A stretch of DNA of 64,000 nt from Octopus vulgaris (GCA_951406725.2 OX597823.1:101060001-101124000); one strand, 5' to 3'. Positions 39,089 to 52,637 are shown, numbered from the stretch's first letter. Program-made: numbers and translations. The notes: generated by a model from the sequence alone, not told the origin.

Positions 39089-39270
39089 TGGCGTGTTTAT
39101 GTCCCCGTCACTTAGCGGCTCGGCAAAAGAGACCGATAGAATAAGTACTGGGCTTACAAAAGAATAAGTCCTGGGGTCGAGTTGTTCGATTAAAGGCAGT
39201 GCTCCAGCATGACCGCAGTCAAATGACTGAAACAAGTAAAAGAGTAAAAGAGAGTATATATATATATATT

Positions 39271-39323
<53 letters not shown>

Positions 39324-39361
39324 CGCTAAATTATTTATATTTATATACATAATTTAGCGAA

Positions 39362-40860
39362 GAAGCTGGACCTCGTCCTCAAACTAAGCTATAACTGTAA
39401 CTACCTAGACAACCATGACCTTAGTAGATTCTGCTCTCCCCCCAGGTCACAGAGAGGAAGACCACCCACCATCACCTCGGCAGTGAAGAAAAACACCGCA
39501 GAGCGCTGGAGTAGCTGAACCATACTCACCCAGGACCGTGAGAACAACAGTCAGGTGAAAAGAATGATTACACATGCAATAGGGGCTGGCATAAGAACCA
39601 CATAGTACAGTTTAACAGGAAACTATACATGCAGGTTCAAGGTGCAGCCATTGGTGTCAGTGTGGTTGGAAATGTGGCCGGCCACTTCATGACCTGGTGG
39701 GACAGAAAACTTAATCCTTAGCGGAACAATCCACAACTGTTTTGCTTTACTGTAGGTATGAAAATGGCATTAATATTCTAGTTAGGACAAACTCTAGTAA
39801 CTATAATGTAGAAACCGAGAGCAGCATAATGGAGAGTATCTAGCACGTAGCTAATTCCATCCACCAAAATATCAAGGTAACTCTAGATTACTCCACTAGG
39901 TACCCTTACAATAGATTCCCTGTCCTTGATACTGAAATTTAGTTAGAGACTGTGAACAACAGAGTGCAGCTCCTCCACTCCTATTACATGAAGCCCATAG
40001 CTTTTAAGTATGTTGTTCACAAGAACTCCGCTTTGTCACACAACATGAAAATCAACATACTGATAGCAGACCTAGTTAGGATAATGAACAACGTGTCCCC
40101 ACTCAAACCCTATGAATCAAAGAAACAAGTACAGAATTTCATCACCGCATGCAGTTCTCTGGATATGATCAGAAAGATGCGATATGGGTATACAGGGGTA
40201 CTAAAAAGAAGTTAGATAACATCATATGTAATGAAACCAGTGATACCTACCCTAGATATAGAAGTACAGACAGAAATAGAATACAATGAGCTTGTGACAA
40301 AACAAACAGGGTGAACACGTGATATAAAACCGACAAATATCAAGGAGTGATGTTTGTAGAGGCCACAGCCCATGGAGAACTAACCCGAAGATTCAGAAAA
40401 GCTCTGAAGGAGACCAAACTCGATATTAAGATCGTTGAAAAGCTGGGAGCTCCATCAAATCACAACTATGGAGGAGGTACTCCTTTGAGAATACCACATG
40501 CACCAATGACATCTGCATGATATGTAAGATTAACTCAGGCATTAACTGTAGAACTAGAAATGTAGTCTACAGCATAAGGTGCATAGAGGGTGCTTGTAAA
40601 GACAAGAACATGATGTACATTGGTGAGACATCTAGAAGCATTGCAGAGGGACTGAATGTACATTTGAGACAATATGACGACAAAAACAGTCCTCCATACT
40701 CTACCAAAATGTCAAAGACCAGCATGGAGACACACTGGGTTCACTTGACATCCACATTTTATCCAAGCACTCGCAGGACTCAAACAAATACATAAATGAA
40801 GCATTACCAGTACCAAATGGGGAATATACGTAGGAGGTAGTCATAGTCCAATACCCACAT
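39362..40860 (+). mobile_element. Degenerate PLE of a different clade (Naiad/Neptune-like): RT plus Cys-rich linker plus GIY-YIG
   Basis: YMQVQGAAIGVSVVGNVAGHFMTWWDRKL; ANSIHQNIKVTLDY..PVLD; YYMKPIAFKYVVHKNSALS; CTNDICMIC..NCRTRNVVYSIRC..C..YIGETSRS. Confidence 0.85.
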
Positions 40861-40904
40861 TTTACATATACACAGATAGAGTTGTTAATAGGTTGTTATG
40901 TAGA

Positions 40905-40992
<88 letters not shown>

Positions 40993-41846
40993 TATGTGTG
41001 TATGTGTGTGTAGGTAAATCGATATATAAGTAAACAGATAGATAGATACATAGGTAACACAGACAGACAAGCACACACACAATACACACATACATAAATG
41101 AAGACTGAAACACATGAACATATACACACACGCACACTTCACACACACACACACATACATACACACAAACACATGGACATGCAGAATACATACATGCATA
41201 CATACAAACTGACGCAGACACATGTGCACAAACAAAAAGAACGCAGCGGACAGAGGTTGCAAGACGTAACGAAAATTTAAAAAAAAAAAAAAAAAATGAA
41301 CGGAAATCGAACAGGTGAGTGTGTTAAATAATAAGGCACTAAAAGAGAATGACTCTCCCCAGACACAACAGAATATATATATATATATATATGTATGTAT
41401 ATATACACACACACGCTTGTACACATTCGCACACAGACGTGGATGCACATACGAAAACATATATATCTGTGTGCCTATGTATACACACATAAATATGCAT
41501 ATATATACTTGTATATGTTTACCACACACACGCACTCACACAGATACACACATACAGATATATGAGGATAAGTGTGGAGGCGTATATTGTTATATATATA
41601 GCTGTTTCGTTCGATTGACTTTGCAGTGAACTTTACTTGCTTACTGTGTTAGGAACAATATTATTTCACATTCATTGGTGAACATCGGTGATTGTGCAGT
41701 GAACCGTAGGAAAACTCTAGCCATGATGAAATAATCCTGTTTACAGATACAATTACCGCAGACGCTTCACATTTATAACGAATGCGAATTGTGCAGTTTC
41801 GTATTTTTGTGTTAGAAAAGAAAATTGTGATAAATTTATAAATATA

Positions 41847-42236
41847 CTAGCAGCATCGCCCGGTGTTGCTCGGGTTTGTTTCGACCCTTTAGAATTGGAA
41901 TTTTTGAAAAGTAAAAAATTTTGCATTATGTAGCTTGTTATTCTCTTTAAGTGAACATTTTTCTGGTTGAAATGCACCGAAAAATGGCGACACAGCAGCC
42001 AAAAAATCGTAAAAAACAGGGATTTTCATAGAAAAAAAACACCTTTTTGATGTAAATAATTTTTGGTGTTAACATGGTCCGATTTGAATTTTATCTTCTA
42101 CGGAATGAAGAGCAAGCCTTCTATCATACTCTCAATTTTGGTCAACTTGCGCCGTAGGGTCTCAGAGGAGATAGTGTTAGTTGAAGGCTACCTAACCTGC
42201 CATACACAGACAACTTCAGCTTTATACATAGTGAGA
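41847..42236 (-). mobile_element. Non-autonomous Helitron
   Basis: A|TC start, 3' CCCGAGCAACACCGGG hairpin plus CTAG|T. The 3' end is shared with 54732 and 55199. Confidence 0.75.
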
Positions 42237-43325
42237 TATATGAAAGGGTGCTGAAAATTTTCTGGCTTTAAGGGTGTCTTGAAAGGCCTGGTTGGAGGTC
42301 CAACTTTCCGAGTTTTATTACAGGTCTTAGAACAGCTGAAGGCCCGCTATAATGTGTGAATGTGAGAATAAAATCATAGTTAACTAATTCTCCTGTACTG
42401 TATTTTACCCAAAGACAGAAACTTTTCAGTACCCCTCTCTCCCTCTTCTGTCTCACCCACCCCCACATATCTATCTATATACATTATTTACATTTGCCAC
42501 TCTATCTCATTCTCTTCTTCATTCTGTCTATGGTCGTCATTTATTTTTTAACATATAGAAGACGATACAAAAACATGGACGGGACATTCGAAGCCTTCAA
42601 TTTTCAGTCAAGAACCGGATCATCCTCGCAATTTCGGCTGATTAATCTTGAGATTGCCCCAATCTGGCCAGCCCCAAGGAAAATCTAAGCTAAGCGCATT
42701 AGATTCCTTGGAAGAAAGCCTCGAATGCATACAAAACAAAGACGGAAAAACGGACGATGTTACACGAATATGAATACAAAAATGCGTAAAAACAATAATA
42801 ATACGTAAAAACAATAATGATAATAATAACAAAAATAGGACGTCACAAACAGGCATCTTTCGACAGGACGAGTAAACTTGAGCTGGCGTGTTAGAAAAAT
42901 ACCTTAGGGCAGAGAGAAAAAAATGTGTCTTGCCGCGACGACTGCTAAGCACAAAAGGCCGGCAATCGGTCAGTCAGTCACGTGTGAGGAGAAGAGAGGG
43001 AGGAAAAGAGGGACAGAGGAATTAGGGAGGGAGAGAAGAGAGAGAAAAAGGGGAACAAGGAACCAAGGAGGAGGAGAAGAGGGAAAGAGCGAGAAAGAGA
43101 CAGATCAGAGTGAAGTGCAAAGTGAGAAAGGCAGAGAAATGTAGGAGAGGGGGGAGAGACAGTGTTATAGAGTCGTACCAAGTTTAGAGAAATATGTACT
43201 TACATATAAGACAAAGAGTATGTACGCCGCTATATATATATATGTAAAAAAATACAAACTGAGACAAGAACGCAAAACATTTAGAAGACGATACAAAAAC
43301 ACGGACGGGATATATATATATATTT

Positions 43326-43387
<62 letters not shown>

Positions 43388-43391
<4 letters not shown>

Positions 43392-43953
43392 CACTTCTTT
43401 AAAAGGGTTGTTCAATGTCAATTTCCACTAGCTAGACACGCACATGTATGTATAACCGTTTCTATTTCATTTCAGAACCTGATAGATAGATAGATAGATA
43501 GAGAGATAGATTTCTTTATTATCCACAGAAGGCTGCACACAGACGGGGCAGATTACAAAGTAGAACTTTTCTTTTTGGGGAGAAAAAAAAGTGAGGTAGG
43601 TTTTCGATCAAAAGAGATTGTAAAAGGGAAAGAAAAAAGCGATCAATAAGGATCGTGTATCACAGAAATGTCATGATGTAAAGTGTAAAGGGGGAAGCAG
43701 ATAAGGTTTATCCGTGGAAAGAAAAGCCTACGGAAAATACCACGGTAACCTCGGTCAATAATGTCACATGTTAACACATTTGTTTGCAAGTAAGTAACCC
43801 TCTGTTTAAAATTTTTCCGTGTTCATAGGATTATGCTGAAGGTGGCTTCGTCATTCATACGTACCATCCTTGCTACATTCACCCATCTTTTTTTGAAACA
43901 TTCGCTAGACAAAACTTGTCTCTCTACTCTCACTTTCCTATTCAAGTGATACT

Positions 43954-44018
<65 letters not shown>

Positions 44019-44132
44019 ATATAGAGAGATGCAGATATAACACAGCTTCTGAAATGAAATAGAAACGGTTATACATACATGTGCGTGCCTAGCTAGTGGA
44101 AATTGACATTGAAAAACCCTTTTAAAGAAGTG

Positions 44133-44137
<5 letters not shown>
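43388..44137. mobile_element. Foldback/MITE-like element (about 95-bp inverted arms) in (TA)n, with a (GATA)n core
   Basis: 43388-43481 is the near-perfect reverse complement of 44043-44137. Confidence 0.7.
43510..43957 (-). mobile_element. 3' end of an L1/Tx1-like LINE inserted in (GATA)n
   Basis: ORF end FQYHLNRKVRVERQVLSSECFKKRWVNVARMVRMNDEATFSIIL* (stop at 43823), then a 3' UTR ending AATAAAGAAAT followed by (CTAT)n. Confidence 0.65.
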
Positions 44138-44172
<35 letters not shown>

Positions 44173-44518
44173 CAATATTATTTATTTTATTTTTAATAAA
44201 AAAAAATAAATTACGATCATAGACATAATGAAGAGAATGAGATAAAAAGAGAGGAAGATAGATAGATATAGAGAGATAGAGATATATAAAGAGAGATATA
44301 GATATGACACAGGTTCTGAAATGAAATATCAGGTCATTAAGAAAGAAATATCCAATTTTCTTATGCACCAAGTTCGACAGTCGCTAACTCTAATGTTTCA
44401 TCCTGACAATTCTTTATTTGACAACATTATAGAATTACATCATCACTTTTTGAAGTGCACTTCATGGTGTCTGAATAAATCGCAAGTTTTCTCTTCTAAA
44501 TCAATTTTTATGAAGCCA

Positions 44519-44793
44519 TGGATAGATAAAAAATTCGTGTTATTTATGAATATAAGTTCCATCGTGGAACCAATGCATCAATGAGGTGTTTGGTGAAGAT
44601 GTGGCGAATGAGCGCACTGTACGTCGATTGTTTGAGAAGTCCCTGTCTGGTGACTTTACTCTTGAAAATCAGCCCCGTGGTAAACTTGAGACCAAGGTGG
44701 AAAATGATGAGCTGGAAATTGTAGTGGAAGTGGAAACACCTCAAACTTGTCCTATAGAGAACCTTTCCGGTTACTTTTAAGTACCCCCTCGTA
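44519..44793 (+). mobile_element. mariner fragment (HTH region) plus a mariner-type TIR
   Basis: KIRVIYEYKFHRGTNA..EVFGEDVANERTVRRLFEK.LSGDFTLENQPRG. End TTTTAAGTACCCCCTCG-TA. Confidence 0.8.
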
Positions 44794-44959
44794 TATATAT
44801 ATAGTAAGAATAACAATAAACATTGGATGGAATTTATAAATATTTTAATGCATCGCTACGCGCATTTCCACGAATCACATGTCTCTTAAGATAATAGTCG
44901 GTATTCACGGGATGATTATAGTGTAGTCCATAGTATCCGTGGGCATCGGGTAGATCATA

Positions 44960-45722
44960 TCTCTATATATAAAACTGAAATGCGTTTCCACCGCTTGGAT
45001 CACTTTCAAGGCCACTACATCCCGTCCGATTGACTCAAAAATTTACAGGGACATGTAAAATCCCTATCTTAAAAAGTGTCGTTGCTAGGGCCAAAAACTC
45101 ACTTTCACAAGTCCACTTCCGTTCTTTAATGTATCTGTCTTCCTCAACTCACTCTCGCTATTTCCTCTCTTCCCAACACATTTTCACTCACTCTGTTTCC
45201 TACATTCCCATCACTTTCACTTCCTCAAACGGCCTTCTTTTATGTATCGGGTTATAATGAAATCGGGTTATATTAACCAAAATTCATAGAGAGAATTACC
45301 ATCGCCACCAACAACACACAATCATGACAACAAATATTATGAATCTCGCCATCGCATTCTGTTGTCTGCCTGTCAACGCGCCGATGGAGCAAATACAAAC
45401 AGAACACACCAACGAGCGTTCGTGTTCTGGTGATAACGTAGGTTTTTCGTATCTATTACATTTTAACATTTATTTAGAACCCTGCAAATTTTTCGTGCTA
45501 AATTTTCATTTTTTACTACTTTATTATTTTTTCTTAAATTGATGCTTTTATTAAAATTAATTCTAATTGTCTGGGTCTACAGTTCGTTTCCTCGGAGGAT
45601 ATGGAAATTCCTATTACCCGTCAGAGAAATAACTCCAGCAGCTCACAACTATTTCAACAAAGACAAGGTTACCTGCTTACCAGTCGAATTCAGCGTCAAC
45701 GCTCACGTATGACAGAGACTCC

Positions 45723-45800
<78 letters not shown>

Positions 45801-47592
45801 ATGTGTGCAGTATGTGGTCGGTTGAGCTGAAAATATGCACACCTATGTTAAAAGTGCTGGCAAGTTTGCATGACAACTATTTTTTTTCCTCAAATGAAAG
45901 GCGTGACCTCTAGGACAAAATTCCTCATCTTATAAAATGTGGCCCCAGTAGAGCCGAATGAAATCGGGTTATATTAACCAAAATGTGAAAAGGGGTCTAA
46001 ATGGGGCTGGAAGGGGATTAAAATTTAAAGGAGCGGGTGTTTAGGAATTCTCTGTTACATCAAGCCAAAAAATTTGCGCCAGCCTTTTAATCGTCAATGT
46101 GTTGCCGTCCATGATGAAGAAGTTTTGAATGCTTGCCATGGTGAGTCTACTGTCGTGAGAAAGAATCACTTCAAAACTTGGTGTTTAGGGATTTTCTTTT
46201 ACATCAAGTTCAAAATTTTACGTCAGCCGTTAAACTGTCAATGCGTTGCTGTCAGATTCTATCCCTTCAAACTCTGGTTTCCAATATTTTATTATTTTTA
46301 TTCAGCTCGCAAGTTCGTCTGTCCCTTTTAAATGTTAGTGTTTTGTTGTCTGCATTGAAGCAGACCTTTCCGTTGTTACTGCCTGATATTTATGATTGAT
46401 CTTTCTAAATGTTTTATTTCTCAACTTACTCAAGATCTTTTGTTGTTTATAAATGGGAGAGAGATAGATAAAGATAGAGAGTAAGAGAAAGCGAGGGAGA
46501 GTCCGAGAGAAAGGAAGAGTAAGAGAGTGGGGAAAGTGAGAGAGAAAGGAGAGAGAAACAAAGAGGGAGAATCATCATCATCATCCTCCTCCTCCTCCTC
46601 CTCCTCCTCCTCCTCATCATCATCATCATCGTTTAACGTCCGTTCTCCGTGCTAGCACGGGTTGGACAGTTTGACCGGGGTCTGGAAAGCCAAGAGGCTG
46701 CACCAGGCTCCAGTCGGATCTGGCAGTGTTTCTACAGGTGGATGACCTTTCTAACGCCAACCACTCTGTGAGTGTAGTGGGTGCTTTTTTCGTACCGCCG
46801 GCACAGGTGCCAGGGGGGCTGGCAGCGGCCACGATCGGTTGGTGCTTTTTACGTGCCACCGGCACAGAAGCCAGTCAAGGCGGCGCTGCAATCGGCCACG
46901 TTCGGATGGTGCTTTTTACGTGCTGAAAGAAAGCAACAGAAAGTAACAACCACAGGCCACTACATCCCGTCGGATTCACTCCAAAATTTACAGGGACATG
47001 TAAAATGAGGTGACGATGCCCTTACCTTATAAATCCCTATCTTAAAAGGTGTGGTTGCTAGGGCCAAAAACCCACTTTGACAAGTCTACTCTCGTTCTTT
47101 TACGTATCTGTCTTTCTCAACCACGCTATTTCCTCCATTCCCCTCTAACTCCCCTTCAGTTTCCCTTTATGAGTTCGTCAAACGGCGTTCTTTTATGTAT
47201 CTGTCTGCATTCATAGAGAGAATTATCATCGCCACAACAACACACAATCATGAGAACAAATATTATGGATAAGATATTTCTTGCGTTCATTTATATATAT
47301 GTGTGTGTGTGTGTGTTCTATACATAAATATGTATATATAATGTATATATACAAAGTGTATATATCTGTATTTATGTATATTAAACATTTTAATACTTTT
47401 TGATAGTTATATATATATTTTAAACAAGTTCTAAATATAATTTAATAATTCTTATTTTAAATTTAAATAATTTAAATTTTTCAATTTTATATTTTCTATA
47501 TTTTCTATATTATATTTTTATTTTTATGTTTTTGTTTTTGGTTTTTCACAGTTTGATTTGCCTATTAGTGGTTTTGCGTGCACACACACACT

Positions 47593-47624
<32 letters not shown>

Positions 47625-50600
47625 CATATTTTTCCTCAAATGAAAGGCGTGACCTCGAGGACAAAATTCCTCATCTTATAAAATGTGACCCCAGTACACC
47701 CGAATGAAATCGGGTTATATTAGCCAAAATGTGAAAAGGGGTCTACATGGGGCTGGAAGGGGATTAAAATTTAAAGGAGCGAGTGTTTAGGAATTCTCTG
47801 TTGCATCAAGCTAAAAATTTTGCACCAGCCGTTTAATCGCCAATGTGTTGCTGTCCACGATGAAGTTTTCAATGCTTGCCATAGTGAGTCTACTGTCGTG
47901 AGAAAGAATCACTTCAAAACTTGGTGTTTACGAATTTTCTTTTACATCAAGTTCAAAATTTTACGCCAGCCGTTAAACTGTCAATACGTTGCTGTCCGTC
48001 GTTAAGAAATGCCAACCATGGTGACTCTACTATCCTCACATTCTATCCCTTCAAACTTTGGTTTCCAATATTTTATTATTTTTATTCAGCTCGCAAGTTT
48101 GTTTGTCCCTTTTAAATGTTAGCGTTTTGCTGTCTGCCTTGAAGCAGACCTTTCCGTTGCCACTGCCTGATATTTATGATTGATCTTTCTAAATATTTTA
48201 TTTCTCAACTTACTCAAGATCTTTTGTTGTTTATAAATGGGAGATAGATAGATAAAGATAGAGAGTAAGAGAAAGCGAGGGAGAGTCCGAGAGAAAAGAA
48301 AAAGTAAGAGAGTGGGGAAGTGAGAGAGAAACGAGAGAAACAAAGAGGGTGAATCATCATCATCATCATCGTTTAACGTCCGTTTTCCGTGCTAGAACGG
48401 GTTGGACAGTTTGACTGGGGTCTGGGAAGCCAGGAGGCTGCACCAGGTTCCAGACTGATCTGGCAGTGTTTCTACAGGTGGATGACCTTCCTAACGCCAA
48501 CCACTCTGTGAGTGTAGTGGGTGCTTTTTTCGTACCGCCAGCACAGGTGCCAGGGGGGCTGGCAGCGACCACGATCGGTTGGTGCATTTTACGTGCCACC
48601 AGCACAGAAGCCAGTCAAGGCGGCGCTGCAATCGGCCACGTTCGGATGGTGCTTTTTACGTGCTGAATGGAAGCAACAGAAAGTAACAACCACACTTTTA
48701 CCCGCGCGTAGAGTGGGTCACCTTCAGCTAGTCTCTCTATATAAAACTGAAATGCGTTTCGACCGCTTGGATCGCTTTCAAGGCTACTACATCCCGTCGG
48801 ATAGACTCCAAAATTTACAGGGACATGTAAAATGAAGTGACGATGCCCCTGGGCTACCTTATAAATCTCTATCTTAAAAGGTGTCGTTGCTAGGGCCAAA
48901 AACCCACTTTCACAAGTCCACTCTTATTCTTTAATGTATCTGTCTTCCTCAACTCACTCTCACTATTTCCTCTCTTCCCAGCACATTTTCACTCACTCTA
49001 TTTTCTACCTTACCATCACTTTCACTTCGTCAAACTGCGTTCTTTTATGTATCTGTCTGCATTCATAGAGAGAATTATCATCGCCACCAACAACACACAA
49101 TCATGACAACAAATATTATGAATCTCGCCATCGCATTCTATTGTCTGCCTGTCAACGCGCCGATGGAGCAAATACAAACAGAACACACCCTGATGATAAC
49201 GTAGGTTTTTCGTATCTCTTACATTTTAACATTTTTTTAGAACCCTGCACATTTTTCGTGCTAAATTTTCATTTTTTACTACTTTATTATTTTTTCTTAA
49301 ATTGATGCTTTTATTAAAATTAATTCTAATTGTCTGGGTCAACAGTTCGTTTCCTCGGAGGATATGGAAATTCCTATTACCCGTCAGAGAAATAACTCCA
49401 GCAGCTCACAACTATTTCAACAAAGACAAGGTTACCTGCTTACCAGTCGAATTCAGCGTCAACGCTCGCGTATGAGAGACACTCCAACACACACATATAT
49501 ACACATATATATATATATATAATGTGTGCAGTATGTGGTCGGTTGAGCTGAAAATATGCACACCTATGTTAAAAGTGCTGGCAAGTTTGCATGACAACTA
49601 TTTTTTTGTCCTCAAATTAAAGGCGTGACCTCTAGGACAAAATTCCTCATCTTATAAAATGTGGCCCCTGTAGACCCGAATTAAATCGTGTTATATTAAC
49701 CAAAATGTGAAAAGGGGTCTAAATGGGGCTGGAAGGGGATAAAATTTAAGGGAGCGGGTGTTTAGGAATTCTCTGTTACATCAAGCCAAAAAATTTGCGC
49801 CAGCCTTTTAATCGTCAATGTGTTGCCGTCCATGATGAAGAAGTTTTGAATGCTTGCCATGGTGAGTCTACTGTCGTGAGAAAGAATCACTTCAAAACTT
49901 GGTGTTTAGGGATTTTCTTTTACATCAAGTTCAAAATTTTACGCCAGCCGTTAAACTGTCAAAACTTTACTGTCCGTCGTTAAGAAATGCCAGCCATGGT
50001 GACTCTACTGTCCTCAGATTCTATCCCTTCAAACTTTGGTTTCCAATATTTTATTATTTTTATTCAGCTCGCAAGTTCGTCTGTCCCTTTTAAATGTTAG
50101 TGTTTTGCTGTCTGCCTTGAAGCAGACCTTTCCGTTGTCACTGCCTGATATTTATGATTGATCTTTCTAAATATTTTATTTCTCAACTTACTCAAGATCT
50201 TTTGTTGTTTATAAATGGGAGAGAGATAGATAAAGATAGAGAGTAAGAGAAAGCGAGGGAGAGTCCGAGAGAAAGGAAGAGTAAGAGAGTGGGGAAAGGA
50301 GAGAGAAACAAAGAGGGAGAATCATCATCATCATCGTTTAATGTCCGTTTTCCGTGCTAGAACGGGTTGGACAGTTTGACCGGGGTCTGGGAAGCCAGGA
50401 GGCTGCATCAGGTTCCAGTCTGATGTGGCAGTGTTTCTACAGGCGGATGCCTTCCTAACGCCAACCACTCTGTGAGCGTAGTGGGTGCTTTTTTCGTGCC
50501 GCCGGCACAGAAGCCAGTCAAGGCGATGCTACAATCGGCCATGTTCAGATGGTGCTTTTTACGTGCTGAAAGAAGCAACAGAAAGTAACAACCACACTCT

Positions 50601-51304
50601 TACCCGCGCGTAGAGTGGGTCACCTTCAGATAGTCTCTCTATATAGAACTGAAATGCGGTTCGACCGCTTGGATCACTTTCAAGGCCACTACATCCCGTC
50701 GGATTCACTCCTAAATTTACAGGGACATGTAAAATGAGGTGACGATGCCCGTGGGCTACCTTATAAATCCCTATCTTAAAATGTGTCGTTGCTAGGGCCA
50801 AAAACCCACTTTGACAAGTCCACTCTTATTCTTTAATGTATCTGTCGTCCTCACTCACGCTATTTCCTCCATTCCCCTCTAACTCCCCTTCAGTTTCCCT
50901 TTATAAGTTCGTCAAACGGCGTTCTTTATCTCGCTGTCTGCATTCACAGAGAGAATTATCATCGCCACAACAACACACAATCATGAGAACAAATATTATG
51001 AATCAGATACTCTTGAGTTCATTTATATGTTTGTGTTCTCTATATAAATATGTATATATAATGTATATATACAAAGTGTATACATCTGTATTTATGTATA
51101 TTAAACTTTTTAATACGTTTTGATAGTTATGTATATTTTAAAACAAATTATTAATATAATTTAATAATTTTTATTTTAAATTTAAATAATTTGAATTTTT
51201 CAATTTTATATTTTCTATATTTTCTATATTATATTTTTATTTTTATGTTTTTGTTTTTTCACTGTTTGATTTGCCTATTAGTGGTTTTATCTCTAATTTA
51301 ATTT

Positions 51305-51341
<37 letters not shown>

Positions 51342-51367
51342 GTATACATTTGTATATATAATGCCTG

Positions 51368-51431
<64 letters not shown>

Positions 51432-52589
51432 ATGTGTGCATTATGTGTTCCGTCGCTTCAGCGGAAAATATTCACACCTATGTTAAAAGTACTGGCAAGT
51501 TTGCATGACAACTATTTTTTTCCTCAAAATTCCTCATCTTAGAAAATGTGGCCCCTGTAGACCCGAATTAAATCGGGTTATATTAACCAAAATGTGAAAA
51601 GGGGTCTACATGGGGCTGGAAGGGGATTAAAATTTAAAGGAGCGAGTGTTTAGGAATTCTTTGTTACATCAAGCTAAAAATTTGCGCCAGCCTTTTAATC
51701 GTCAATGTGTTGCCGTCCATGATGAAGAAGTTTTGAATGCTTGCCATGGTGAGTCTACTGTCGTGAGAAAGAATCACTTCAAAACTTGGTGTTTACGAAT
51801 TTTCTTTTACATCAAGTTCAAAATTTTACGCCAACTGTCAATATGTTTATGTCCGTCGTTAAGAAATGCCAACCATGGTGACTCTACTATCCTCACATTC
51901 TATCCCTTCAAACTTTGGTTTCCAATATTTTATTATTTTTATTCTGCCTGCAAGTTCGTCTGTCCCTTTTAAATGTTAGCGTTTTGCTGTCTGCCTTGAA
52001 GCAGACCTTTCTGTTGCCACTGCTTGATATTTACGATTGATCTTTCTAAATAATTTATTTCTCAACTTACTCAAGATCTTTTGTTGTTTATAAATGGGAG
52101 AGAGATAGATAAAGATAGAGAGTAAGAGAAAGCGAGGGAGAGTCCGAGGGAACAGAAAAGTAAGAGAGTGGGGAAGTGAGAGAGAAAGGAGAGAGAAACA
52201 AAGAGTGAGAATCATCATCATCATCATCGTTTAACGTCCGTTTTCCATGCTAGCACGGGCTGGACTGTTTGACCGGGGTCTGGGAAGCCAAGAGGCTGCA
52301 CCAGGCTCCAGTCTGATCTGGCAGTGTTTCTACAGGTGGATGACCTTCCTAACGCCAACCACTCTGTGAGTGTAGTGGGTGCTTTTTTTCGTGCCGCCGG
52401 CACAGGTGCCAGGGGTACTGGCAGCGGCCACGATCGGTTGGTGCTTTTTACGTGCCACCGGCACAGAAGCCAGTCAAGGCGGCGCTGCAATCGGCCACGT
52501 TCGGATGGTGCTTTTTACGTGCTGAAAGGAAGCAACAGAAAGTAACAACCACACTTTTACCCGCGCGTAGAGCGGGTCACATTCAGCTA

Positions 52590-52590
<1 letters not shown>
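44960..52590 (+). repeat. Head-to-tail tandem array of four about 1.8-2.0-kb non-autonomous Helitron units (A-B-A-B)
   Basis: Units 44960-~46954, ~46955-48731, 48732-50633 and 50634-52590. A|TC start, ACCCGC..G(C/T)GGGT hairpin plus CTAG, CTAG|TC junction, final CTAG|T. Each unit carries the same (GAT)n SINE. Confidence 0.85.

Positions 52591-52637
<47 letters not shown>

Larger units (their letters stand above)
36932..39252 (+). mobile_element. SINE family B split by a PLE insertion (5' half 36932-37088, 3' half 39087-39252)
   Basis: The two halves are collinear with 29146-29550, and both abut (TA)n. Confidence 0.65.

Noticed and set aside
40862-41629. Long ORFs (up to 216 aa) rich in C/V/Y/I/H/T, and similar ones throughout the track
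   Set aside because: Translations of (CA)n/(TA)n/(TATG)n microsatellites.
42610-42690. GGCTG..CAGCC-GAAA scaffold in a probable PLE-type UTR (direct repeat at 42553 and 43278)
   Set aside because: The CUGANGA core is absent, so it is too degenerate to call a ribozyme.
46074-52545. Recurrent ORFs (MRQPFNRQCVAVH.., MFLQVDDL..) resembling a tandem gene family
   Set aside because: They recur only because of the Helitron/SINE array, and frames are not conserved between units.
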